NCBI GenBank assembly: GCA_048939765.1
Contig: JBHLPF010000042.1
Span: 1 to 21,719, forward strand
Reading direction: 5' to 3'
Source of the DNA: Promethearchaeota archaeon
GTDB lineage: Archaea; Asgardarchaeota; Thorarchaeia; Thorarchaeales; Thorarchaeaceae
Length of the DNA stretch: 21,719 nt
In this document: piece by piece, positions 9,709-17,847 of the stretch
Layout: every line of letters starts with the position of its first letter
Position numbering within the stretch: position 1 is the first letter of the stretch
Notes under the pieces: model-generated
What the model was told of the DNA's origin: nothing
The model's input: only the letters and a program-made list of their open reading frames with translations
Database searches by the model: none
Program-made: the position numbers and the translations under genes

Positions 9709-9742
9709 AAAAAGAGAAAGGAAGAGGGGCATCATACCCCTC
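9709..9742 (-). terminator. Hairpin plus pyrimidine/U-tract terminator of the 450-aa gene
   Basis: Minus strand GAGGGGTA-TGA-TGCCCCTC followed by TTCCTTTCTCTTTTT, starting 7 nt after the stop. Confidence 0.7.
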
Positions 9743-9749
9743 CAAACAT

Positions 9750-11102
9750 CTATTGGTCCTCGTCGTCCTCGCCAAACCGCTTTGGCGTTCCAAGACGCCG
9801 GGAGTCGTCTACCCTAAGCCTATCAGGATCAGGTGGTGCGCCATATCGTTCCACTTTAGGCTCTTCAATCTCTTCAACGACCTCCCTATCGAGGTCTTCT
9901 TCACGAATCTCTTTGCCTTCTTCTCGCTCCTCTTTCACCCGCTCAGCAACACGCTCAGTTCTCTCGAACATGACATAGTAGAGCGTGGTGAAGATTGCCA
10001 CCAGCGGGAAGGCTAGTAGCTTTGCGATATCTCGGAAGAGAAAGGTTTCGTAGATTGTGCCAGTTTCCCATTGGAACCACCCGGCCAGTATAGTTGCCCC
10101 TGTGTTGGAAACTGCAATAATGCTATCCACAAAGAAGAAGCCACTTGCGAGGAAGAAGGTGAATAGAGGGCCAAAGTCGCGGGTTCTCATACGGGTTTCT
10201 TCCACACCCTCTGTAACCGTGCGCCCTATACCACTCATAGCATAGAGCAGAAAGAACAGAGACATCGCGACATCAACGACACTCATTGTGGGAGCACCAG
10301 TTCTTCGCATCACATTAACGAAGAAGTAGCCTGAATATAGACCAATGAAAATCGTCATGAGCGCGACATTAAGTGCTGCACCCTTGCCCGCGTACCTAAA
10401 GAATGCCAGGAGTGAAACCAAAGCGAACAATCCAAGGAGTCCTGCTGCAACCCAGATAAGAACTCCGTGAATCTGTAGATTGGATATAGCTTCTGGAAAG
10501 ATCGCTGTTATTACATCGCCTAGGCCAAACATATTCTCAGGTATTAAGAAGAGAACAGCTAGAACTATGGCACCTATAATTCCAAGTCCGATGATCAATA
10601 AAAGGAAGCTTCCAATGCCGACTCCTATTCCACCTTTCTTAGGCTCTGCTATCGTGGCTAATCTGAGACTTGTCCTAGATGACAAGTAAGCCTGGAAAGC
10701 GATCCAGCCAACCCAACAGAACATGGCAAAGAACAGAAGTGCCGTTTCTCCAAGCCATATCGACAGGAACACTGAGATTGCGAATGATACAGCGAGCCAT
10801 GCGACGCCCTTGAGCTCTGTCACGCTTCCTCGCCCTCTTCGTGTTATCCATAGCCTATCGGCGCCCACTCCAATAAGTAGAGTCCCAAAGGCGAAATAGA
10901 TGGTGCCCGTGGCACCGATATATAGGAAGAAGTTCGCCAAGATGAACTCGATGTCAGTACCGGGATAGAGCGTCATGAGCCATGTCACGAGGTAGCCCAG
11001 GAAGGTTGTGAACACAAATATAATCAAATAAGCAACGTATCTTCGAGTCTTGAAGAAGACTTTCAGACCTTCAACAATTCCAGATAGTATCGGGATTCCC
11101 AT
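9750..11102 (-). CDS. Uncharacterised polytopic membrane protein (about 11 TM segments) with an acidic C-terminal tail
   Basis: 450-aa ORF with RBS GGGAGGA upstream, many hydrophobic segments and a charged tail (EEREEGKEIREEDLDREVVEEIEEP...). No family motif recognised. Confidence 0.85.
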   Translation of the reverse strand: MGIPILSGIVEGLKVFFKTRRYVAYLIIFVFTTFLGYLVTWLMTLYPGTDIEFILANFFLYIGATGTIYFAFGTLLIGVGADRLWITRRGRGSVTELKGVAWLAVSFAISVFLSIWLGETALLFFAMFCWVGWIAFQAYLSSRTSLRLATIAEPKKGGIGVGIGSFLLLIIGLGIIGAIVLAVLFLIPENMFGLGDVITAIFPEAISNLQIHGVLIWVAAGLLGLFALVSLLAFFRYAGKGAALNVALMTIFIGLYSGYFFVNVMRRTGAPTMSVVDVAMSLFFLLYAMSGIGRTVTEGVEETRMRTRDFGPLFTFFLASGFFFVDSIIAVSNTGATILAGWFQWETGTIYETFLFRDIAKLLAFPLVAIFTTLYYVMFERTERVAERVKEEREEGKEIREEDLDREVVEEIEEPKVERYGAPPDPDRLRVDDSRRLGTPKRFGEDDEDQ

Positions 11103-11140
11103 ACCTATCCTCCCTTATACAGCAACGGAAGGCTAACCCT

Positions 11141-11156
11141 GATTTTAAGGTTTGCA
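11141..11156 (-). promoter_or_regulatory. Candidate BRE/TATA promoter of the membrane protein gene
   Basis: Minus strand GCAAACC-TTAAAAT about 40 nt upstream of the ATG. Confidence 0.45.
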
Positions 11157-11280
11157 CGCATCTATTCTACGAAGGCTCATAGTCCATTTTCCCACCCACT
11201 GCTTGCTCGGATTTGATTAGCTTCTCACTGATGATTAAGTTTCAAAATGTATCTAATTAGCCAAAACCCATTACCACAGT

Positions 11281-11296
11281 AGAAGGGCTTAATAGG
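11281..11296 (+). promoter_or_regulatory. Candidate BRE/TATA promoter of the small RNA
   Basis: Purine-rich AGAAGGGC followed by TTAATAGG, centred about 25 nt before the first base of the hairpin at 11318. Confidence 0.45.
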
Positions 11297-11317
11297 TTGC
11301 ATATCGCGTAGGTATCA

Positions 11318-11438
11318 TGTGGTCAGGCAGTCAGTAGGGCCTAGTTTTCGTAACATGCCCTCATAACATAACTCCCCCCCTCCTACCACATAAGTCCTGC
11401 TGGCCCTGACCACACCTCTATTCTTCATTTCCCTTCTT
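11318..11438 (+). ncRNA. Candidate structured small RNA (about 100-120 nt), family not recognised
   Basis: UGUGGUCAGG (11318-27) pairs with CCUGACCACA (11405-14). After a CA bulge, GUCAGUAGGGC (11330-40) pairs with GUCCUGCUGGC (11394-404) using 3 G-U pairs that work only on the + strand. 53-nt C-rich loop and a pyrimidine tail at 11415-11438. Confidence 0.6.
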
Positions 11439-11471
11439 GCTCATGCATGTCCAATATCGAACGAGAAGGCG

Positions 11472-11486
11472 CACTAGTGTACACTA
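11472..11486. promoter_or_regulatory. Perfect 12-bp palindrome, candidate operator
   Basis: TAGTGTACACTA at 11475-11486 overlapping CACTAGTG at 11472-11479, about 25 nt upstream of TATA-like ATATTAAAAT (11511-11520). Confidence 0.35.
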
Positions 11487-11649
11487 AAACACAACGAAAT
11501 GCGATTCAGCATATTAAAATAGGACATCTGTCATAGTCGAGGGCTATACAGCGTGCTGCATGAAGTGCAATCTACTTCCATACAGATTGTTCTGAACATG
11601 TTTTGGAAATAATATGCACTTGTGATGCAGACTTAGGAGAGAGAATTAA

Positions 11650-13056
11650 ATGGAAACGCGACAAGTGGCCGCCATAATTCTCATCGTCGTGGTTGTTGCC
11701 GGCGTGGGCATTGGAATCTATTACTTCATGCCACAAGCCCCAGAACCACCATACGGTGAACTGGTGGTGGCACAATTAGTCACACCTGGCGCTCCAGCTG
11801 GAGTTGCGAGCGACCACATAATAAAAGTGGGAATCCTCGGACCCTTGACCGAGATCCAAGGTATTGGCCATTGGAGAGGAGCCTATATGGCTTGTGACGA
11901 GCTGAACACTGCAGGCGGCGTAACAATAGACGGGGAAGCGTACTATTTTGGCATCATTGCCGAAGACACGTTTGAGGCTGAAACCAGTCTTGACCCATCC
12001 AAAGGAGTGACCGCAGCACAGAGAATCCTTACTACCGATGGCGCCCAATTCACCCTAGGGGGATTCAGAACTGAAGGGGTAGACGCCTATCTGCCAACGA
12101 TAATGGCTGCTAAGAAGCTGTTTATGAGCTGCGGACCTGCAACAGACCTATTCACTACCTATGTGAATGACTCGTATGATACGTACAAGTATTACTTCAA
12201 GGTCACCCCAATAAACTCCACAGCGCTAGGAGGCGAGATACTTCATTTCCTGGCCGCACTCAAGCCAATCATGGAGGGTGCGCTAGGAAAGAACATATCC
12301 CAAGTCGCAATCATTCGCGAGGATCTTGCATGGACAATACCACTTAGTGGAGCCATCAACGCCTACTTGGGTTATTTCGGGTACAATAAGACAATAGAGA
12401 TAGCGTACCCCCTTGCACAATCAGCATCATCATCATCATTCGCCGGATATTGGCAGCAGATTCAAGATTCTGGAGCACAGATCACAATTCCCATTATTTC
12501 CGCACAAGGTGGGATTACACTGGTAACCCAGTATAAGGCGCTTGAACCGGGGTGCCTTATTGCAGGCATTGATGTCCAGTCACAGCTGCCCAATTACTGG
12601 AATGAAACCAGTGGTGCCTGTGAGCATGAGATCGAACTCCAGACAATGCACCGCACCAATAAGACTACAAAGTCAATAGCAATGTGGGACAGTTTCCTTG
12701 ACCACTTCGACGGAGACGAACCACTCTATACGGCCGTCGGCGCCTATGATGCGATGTATCTGTTGCACAAAGGAATCAATGATGCACAGTCTCTGAACTC
12801 CACAGATGTTATACCTTACCTTGAAGCCATAACATTCAAAAATCCGTTCGAAGGTGTAGGGGCTACCTTTGCTTACACTTACACCCACGACACCTTTGAA
12901 GGCTACATCGGTAACACTATCTATAGTGTGGGACTGTTCTGCCAATGGCAAGCAGGAGGAGTCAAGGAAGTCGTCACAACTGGAGGAGCTGTGTATCCGA
13001 ATTGGCTCGCGACAGCAGATATTACATTTCCATCTTGGGGCATCAATGACGAATAG
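11650..13056 (+). CDS. ABC transporter substrate-binding protein, LivK/LivJ-like (HAAT family), N-terminal TM anchor
   Basis: IKVGILGPLTE, MACDELNTAGGV, FTLGGFRTE and GAYDAMYLL resemble the periplasmic binding protein type I family. RBS AGGAG upstream, adjacent to liv permeases, several N-glycosylation sequons. Confidence 0.9.
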   Translation: METRQVAAIILIVVVVAGVGIGIYYFMPQAPEPPYGELVVAQLVTPGAPAGVASDHIIKVGILGPLTEIQGIGHWRGAYMACDELNTAGGVTIDGEAYYFGIIAEDTFEAETSLDPSKGVTAAQRILTTDGAQFTLGGFRTEGVDAYLPTIMAAKKLFMSCGPATDLFTTYVNDSYDTYKYYFKVTPINSTALGGEILHFLAALKPIMEGALGKNISQVAIIREDLAWTIPLSGAINAYLGYFGYNKTIEIAYPLAQSASSSSFAGYWQQIQDSGAQITIPIISAQGGITLVTQYKALEPGCLIAGIDVQSQLPNYWNETSGACEHEIELQTMHRTNKTTKSIAMWDSFLDHFDGDEPLYTAVGAYDAMYLLHKGINDAQSLNSTDVIPYLEAITFKNPFEGVGATFAYTYTHDTFEGYIGNTIYSVGLFCQWQAGGVKEVVTTGGAVYPNWLATADITFPSWGINDE

Positions 13057-13093
13057 GCGACCTAATGGATTCAAGATGGATACATGGAGTATT

Positions 13094-13138
13094 GAAGGAG
13101 TTTGAGTATAATTTGCTCAAATTCCCTTCTTCTTTTTC
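13094..13138 (+). terminator. Intra-operon hairpin plus U-tract after the SBP gene
   Basis: GGAGTTTGAGTA (13097-108) pairs with TGCTCAAATTCC (13114-125) around a 5-nt loop, followed by CTTCTTCTTTTT. Confidence 0.7.
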
Positions 13139-13204
13139 CGACCAATTTTTCAGTACGTTTGCAAATGAGATTGCCGGACAATCAAACCTCAGAGGCGGAA
13201 TATC

Positions 13205-14056
13205 TTGATAGAGGAGATACTAATCTTTGGCACGGTGCAAGGTGCTCTTCTAGCACTATTTGCACTGGGTTTTTCTCTAGTCTACGGTGTAGGTGGAGTG
13301 CTAAACCTGTCCCATGGAGCTTTCTTTGTAATCGCGGTCTACGTATTCTACTGGACAATTCCTTTGTATGGAATAGCGATAAGTGCGGTACTCGCGCTGA
13401 TTGCAGTAGTTGCTGTCGGGGCAGCGACATATCTAGCACTCATCAGGCCCTTGCAGGAAAGTCACATAGGTGTAGTCTTGGTCACATTCGCGCTGGCATT
13501 TTTCCTTGAGCAATTTGTGAAGGTCGTTGGGGACTCTTTATTTCACTTTATACCGCCTTACATCTGGGGCATAGTCGAATTCTTGGGTGTCAGATTCCAA
13601 GCCCAATTGGTGATTCTGGTGGTGGGATCTTTAATCCTTGTGACAGTGGTAGCTCTGTTCATTAACAAATCAAGGATTGGCAAATCAATACGTGCCGTAT
13701 CGCAGGATGCAGAGGCGGCAAAGCTAATGGGCATAAACACTGACCTGGTGCTAATGACAAGCGTTATGATATCGGCTTTGCTCGTGGGTTTTGCGGCTAT
13801 TCTTTATGGCCCTGGCACCTCGATCGCACCTCACTTGGGATGGAGCTATCTGCTATCTGCTTTCGCAATAACAATCTTTGGTGGAATGGGTAGCATACCG
13901 GGAAGCATTTTGGGCGCATTCATAATGGGATATGCAGGAACATTTACTAATTTCTACATTAGTGCTGCCCTCTCAGAGGTAATTCCCATTGTAGTGATTC
14001 TAGTAATGTTGTTGGTCAGACCTCAAGGGCTGTTAGGAAAGAAGGAGCTGCAATAG
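13205..14056 (+). CDS. livH: Branched-chain amino acid-type ABC permease
   Basis: ALGFSLVYGVGGVLNLSHG, SRIGKSIRAVSQDAEAAKLMGIN, FGGMGSIPGSILG and LLVRPQGLLG; TTG start. Confidence 0.92.
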   Translation: MIEEILIFGTVQGALLALFALGFSLVYGVGGVLNLSHGAFFVIAVYVFYWTIPLYGIAISAVLALIAVVAVGAATYLALIRPLQESHIGVVLVTFALAFFLEQFVKVVGDSLFHFIPPYIWGIVEFLGVRFQAQLVILVVGSLILVTVVALFINKSRIGKSIRAVSQDAEAAKLMGINTDLVLMTSVMISALLVGFAAILYGPGTSIAPHLGWSYLLSAFAITIFGGMGSIPGSILGAFIMGYAGTFTNFYISAALSEVIPIVVILVMLLVRPQGLLGKKELQ

Positions 14057-14060
14057 ATCA

Positions 14061-15044
14061 ATGATGGATTTCGAGATAGATCTCAATTCATTGCAAAGGC
14101 GCTTCAGAGCTTGGGCCCTGTCTTATCGTGGAACCATAGCGCTTGCTTGCTTCTTCGGATTGTTTCTCATTCCACCAATCACTGGCAATGAGTACTATGC
14201 ACAAGTCTTTATCATAGCCATGATCTATGCGATCTTTGCGGCAAGCTGGGACCTTCTTGCAGGTTTTGCAGGGCAGGTCAGTTTTGGACACTCTGCATTC
14301 TTTGGAATAGGAGGCTATGCCACGGCTGCCCTTGTCAAGTTCTTTGGAGTCCATTGGGTGTTAGCAGTAATCACTGGCGCCCTTGTCGCTGTGCTATCCA
14401 GTCTATTGATTGGAATACCATGTCTGAGATTGAAGGGACCCTACTTGGCTCTTGGAACACTAGCGTTCAGTTTAATCTTGCTCAACGTGTTCATGATGGG
14501 GGACTTTCTGGGTGGCACCGAGGGCATCTCAGGATTGCCTGTGGTTGAGAACATATTCATAGCCTTCTATCTCGTACTAGCAATCATGATAGTCAGTCTG
14601 GTTACAATGCGGACTATTGCTGATTCGAATCTCGGTACAATTCTGAAAGCAATTCGAGACGATGAAACATGCGCTGATGCATCTGGGATAAACACTACCG
14701 TCTACAAGCTCATCGCATTCATGATCAGTGGGTTTTTCGCTGGGATTGCGGGTGCATTGTACTTGCTGAGCACGACGACCGTCAATCCAGCTTACTTCCA
14801 ACCACTCTACTCATTCTATGCGATCATAATGGCTTCGATAGGGGGTATTGCCACCATCTATGGAGCGACAATCGGTTCATTCCTCTATGTCGTTCTTAAC
14901 GAGTATCTCAGACCACTGGCAGCAGTAGCACTATTGGCCTTTGCCACCATTCTAATCCTTATCGTGCGCTTTGCGGAGGAAGGCGTCATGAATCCATTCT
15001 TTGAGAAGTCTCAAGAACTGTGGGACAAAATACGGGGAAGGTAA
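14061..15044 (+). CDS. livM: Branched-chain amino acid-type ABC permease
   Basis: DLLAGFAGQVSFGHSAFFGIGGY, LRLKGPYLALGTLAF and AIRDDETCADASGIN. Confidence 0.92.
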   Translation: MMDFEIDLNSLQRRFRAWALSYRGTIALACFFGLFLIPPITGNEYYAQVFIIAMIYAIFAASWDLLAGFAGQVSFGHSAFFGIGGYATAALVKFFGVHWVLAVITGALVAVLSSLLIGIPCLRLKGPYLALGTLAFSLILLNVFMMGDFLGGTEGISGLPVVENIFIAFYLVLAIMIVSLVTMRTIADSNLGTILKAIRDDETCADASGINTTVYKLIAFMISGFFAGIAGALYLLSTTTVNPAYFQPLYSFYAIIMASIGGIATIYGATIGSFLYVVLNEYLRPLAAVALLAFATILILIVRFAEEGVMNPFFEKSQELWDKIRGR

Positions 15045-15045
15045 G

Positions 15046-15786
15046 ATGGGTCTAATACTAGAAGTCAAGAATCTGACTAAGAAGTTCGGTGGACTTACGG
15101 CAGTCAATGATGTAAATTTCGAAATAGAAAGAGGAGAGATGCTTGGTCTGATTGGCCCTAATGGAGCAGGGAAGACGACACTCTTCCATCTGCTGACTGG
15201 ATTTGAAAAGCCTAATTCTGGTTCGATTAGGTTCAACGGAATAAGCATCAGAGGAAAAAAACCCTATCAGATTGTCAATCTAGGGATTGCTAGAACGTTT
15301 CAGTTGGTAAAATCATTTCGCTTTCTCAGCCTTCTTGACAACATAGCAGTGGCATGCCTCTCGGCTCGCGGAAGGCGGTCATTTGAATCTTCAGATATTG
15401 ATGAAACTGCCAGCACGATACTCTCTTCCGTCGGATTGGTGGACAAGGCCAGATTGCCCCCGGTAATCCTACCTCATGGTGATTTGAGAAGACTTGAGAT
15501 TGGTAAGGCATTAGGAACGAACCCGGAATTACTACTTCTCGATGAACCGTTCAGTGGGCTGACATATGAAGAGAAAGAAGGGATCAACAAGCTGATAAGA
15601 AGACTGCATGAAGAGGGTGTGACTATTTTTGTCACAGGACATGTGCTACGCGAGTTGATGACCTTAGTTCCCAGGGTTATTGCCATGCATCGGGGTAGGC
15701 TAATTGCCGAAGGATCTCCACAGGAGGTGGCAAACAACAAAATAGTACTAGAGGCGTACCTAGGAGGAAGTGAAGCATTTGCTTGA
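15046..15786 (+). CDS. livG: ABC ATP-binding protein
   Basis: Walker A GPNGAGKTT, GIARTFQ, LPHGDLRRLE and Walker B LLLLDEP. Start reassigned to the ATG at 15046 (MGLILEVKNL), just after the livM stop. Confidence 0.93.
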   Translation: MGLILEVKNLTKKFGGLTAVNDVNFEIERGEMLGLIGPNGAGKTTLFHLLTGFEKPNSGSIRFNGISIRGKKPYQIVNLGIARTFQLVKSFRFLSLLDNIAVACLSARGRRSFESSDIDETASTILSSVGLVDKARLPPVILPHGDLRRLEIGKALGTNPELLLLDEPFSGLTYEEKEGINKLIRRLHEEGVTIFVTGHVLRELMTLVPRVIAMHRGRLIAEGSPQEVANNKIVLEAYLGGSEAFA

Positions 15787-16483
15787 ATTGAGAAAGGTCT
15801 ACCACTACTACGGCAAAGCCAAGGCTTTGGAAGAAGTCAATCTGACTGTGGAGGAGGGCTCTCTCGACGCTGTTATTGGCCCAAACGGAGCAGGAAAGTC
15901 CACGCTCCTCCGAGCCATATCTGGATTGGAAGAGATTGACAGAGGAAGGATAAGCTTCAATGGAGAAAGGATTGACGAACTTGATGCTTATCAAATAGCT
16001 CGGAGGGGAATCGCGCAGTGTCCAGAGCGGAGGCGGCTCTTCTATGATATGTCAGTGATGGAGAACCTTGAACTCGGAGCGTATTCATTGAGGGACAAAA
16101 ACAAGTATTCAGGACTCCTCGATTTTGTCTTCGATATCTTCCCCAGATTACAGGAGCGAACAGAACAACGTGCTGGAACTCTTAGCGGGGGTGAACAACA
16201 GATGCTAGCAATCGGGCGTGCGCTTATGTCCGATCCAATACTGCTCTTGTTGGATGAACCTTCTCTGGGACTAGCGCCCAAAATCAAGACGAGAATCTTC
16301 GAGGCAATTCTCCAAATCAAGGAGGAGGGTACAACAACTCTTCTGGTTGAACAAGATGCAGTTCTAGCAATGGAGGTTGCAGATTATATCTATGTGCTTG
16401 AGGAAGGCAAGATTGAGATGAGTGGGACAAAAGAGCAATTGCAGAAAGAGCCGCGAATCAAGAAAGTATACTTGGGAATATAG
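15770..16483 (+). CDS. livF: ABC ATP-binding protein
   Basis: GPNGAGKST, QRAGTLSGGEQQMLAIGRALM, LLLDEPSLGLAP and LLVEQ. GTG start with GGAGG RBS, overlapping livG by 17 nt. Confidence 0.95.
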   Translation: MKHLLELRKVYHYYGKAKALEEVNLTVEEGSLDAVIGPNGAGKSTLLRAISGLEEIDRGRISFNGERIDELDAYQIARRGIAQCPERRRLFYDMSVMENLELGAYSLRDKNKYSGLLDFVFDIFPRLQERTEQRAGTLSGGEQQMLAIGRALMSDPILLLLDEPSLGLAPKIKTRIFEAILQIKEEGTTTLLVEQDAVLAMEVADYIYVLEEGKIEMSGTKEQLQKEPRIKKVYLGI

Positions 16484-16494
16484 GTGATGGTGGA

Positions 16495-17835
16495 ATGTCT
16501 ACATCTCTGGAGGATCTCTTACGTGATGCCAAGATAGAACTTGTGATTTCTAGATTTGAAAAGGACCCATCAATAATGCATGAGTTGATCAAGCATCTAG
16601 GCAATGAGATTCGCTCGATTAGGTTCAATGCAACTCTGGCAATTGGTGAATTGGGAGCCGAATCTGCGGATGCTGTCTCAGACTTAGTCGAATGTCTTGA
16701 GGACGAAGATTGGAGCATCTGCCGCGAAGCAGCAAGATCGCTAGGAAAGATTGGAGAGTCGGCAGTTGATGCCATCCCTGGCTTGGTGGGTCTGTTGAAT
16801 GATAAGGAAGTGACAATCAGAACAGCGGCTGCAATTTCAATCGGGAATATTGGAGCCCCGACAGACGAGGCAATATCAGGTTTGATATCAGCGCTAAATG
16901 ATCAGAATGAGGAGATTCGAACCGAAGCTGCGAGATCTTTAGGAAAATTGGGGCCAAATGCCAATACTGCAATTCCACATCTAACGAATCGCCTAAGGGA
17001 TATTAGCTGGACAGTCAGAACGGCTGCTGCTCAGGCAATACGGGAAATAGGCTTAGGGTCGGTTCAGTCTATCCCGATGCTTGTCAACACTCTTGAGGAC
17101 GAGGATTGGAGAGTTCGTTATCGATCCATAGAAACACTAGCTGAGATTGGGAAGGATGCAACCCCTGCACTTCTTGAGGCTGTTGACCACGAGAATCCTG
17201 TCGTTCGAAGAGGAGCTATTGAAGCCCTGGGTGAGATGAAGGCTTCTGACCAGCATGTTATCGATAGCTTGGCCTCTAGGCTGCAGGATAAAGACGAGGG
17301 GGTTCGCGGAAAAGCAACTGATTCCCTTCGTAGCATTGGAATGGCGTCTATTCCAGCCCTAATAGAAGCGCACCAGGCAGCAAACAAGAAGATGAAAATT
17401 CAGATAATGTCTGCACTTGGTGGAATGGGATCACAGGGAGAAACGGCAATTCCATTCCTATTAGGGGAATTGGAAGCAAGTGACGCGTCAGTTCGAGCAG
17501 AGGCTGCTAGATCATTGGGGAAGTTGGCAATAGGCAACCCGGATATTATCACTGCTCTCGCAGCTTCTCTCTCAGACGCAAAGGTGACAGTCAGACGCGA
17601 GGCAGCCCTAAGTCTTGGGAAATTTGGACAGGACGCAACACTTGCTGTTCCGGACCTAGTCAACTCACTTAGTGACGACGCTCCAGATGTTAGGTGGCGT
17701 GCGTCCGAGGCACTTGGGAGAATAGGAACAAACAACCCGAATGCTCTTTCTACTCTGGAGTCCTTGCTTCATGACAGGTTCGACTACGTTGCCGAAGCCG
17801 CACAGGAAGCACTCGATTTAATAGGCGGACAGTAG
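16495..17835 (+). CDS. HEAT-repeat (PBS lyase HEAT-like) alpha-solenoid protein, about 12-13 repeats
   Basis: Recurrent L-x-D-x-D/N-x-x-V/I-R-x-x-A-A-x-S/A-L-G every ~31-33 aa. GGTGA RBS; starts 11 nt after the livF stop. Confidence 0.92.
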   Translation: MSTSLEDLLRDAKIELVISRFEKDPSIMHELIKHLGNEIRSIRFNATLAIGELGAESADAVSDLVECLEDEDWSICREAARSLGKIGESAVDAIPGLVGLLNDKEVTIRTAAAISIGNIGAPTDEAISGLISALNDQNEEIRTEAARSLGKLGPNANTAIPHLTNRLRDISWTVRTAAAQAIREIGLGSVQSIPMLVNTLEDEDWRVRYRSIETLAEIGKDATPALLEAVDHENPVVRRGAIEALGEMKASDQHVIDSLASRLQDKDEGVRGKATDSLRSIGMASIPALIEAHQAANKKMKIQIMSALGGMGSQGETAIPFLLGELEASDASVRAEAARSLGKLAIGNPDIITALAASLSDAKVTVRREAALSLGKFGQDATLAVPDLVNSLSDDAPDVRWRASEALGRIGTNNPNALSTLESLLHDRFDYVAEAAQEALDLIGGQ

Positions 17836-17847
17836 AGAGGAGCAGGC

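Noticed and set aside
207-9978. Sixteen short ORFs (61-174 aa) from the ORF track
   Set aside because: They are alternative-frame or antisense shadows of the giant gene and the membrane protein gene, with no recognisable motifs.
11318-11414. 5S rRNA, tRNA, SRP RNA or canonical Y RNA identity for the hairpin
   Set aside because: It lacks the 5S conserved loops, a cloverleaf or T-loop, the SRP motifs and the bulged-C Ro60 site.
12421-12438. (TCA)n run encoding SASSSS in the SBP
   Set aside because: A short in-frame triplet run, too short to call a contingency locus.
15001-15045. Upstream TTG start for livG given by the ORF track
   Set aside because: It overlaps livM by 44 nt; the ATG at 15046 gives the typical family N-terminus.
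16495-17835. Deoxyhypusine hydroxylase or phycobilin lyase function for the HEAT protein
   Set aside because: The repeated, positioned His-Glu iron-binding motifs of DOHH are not evident, and there is no phycobiliprotein context.
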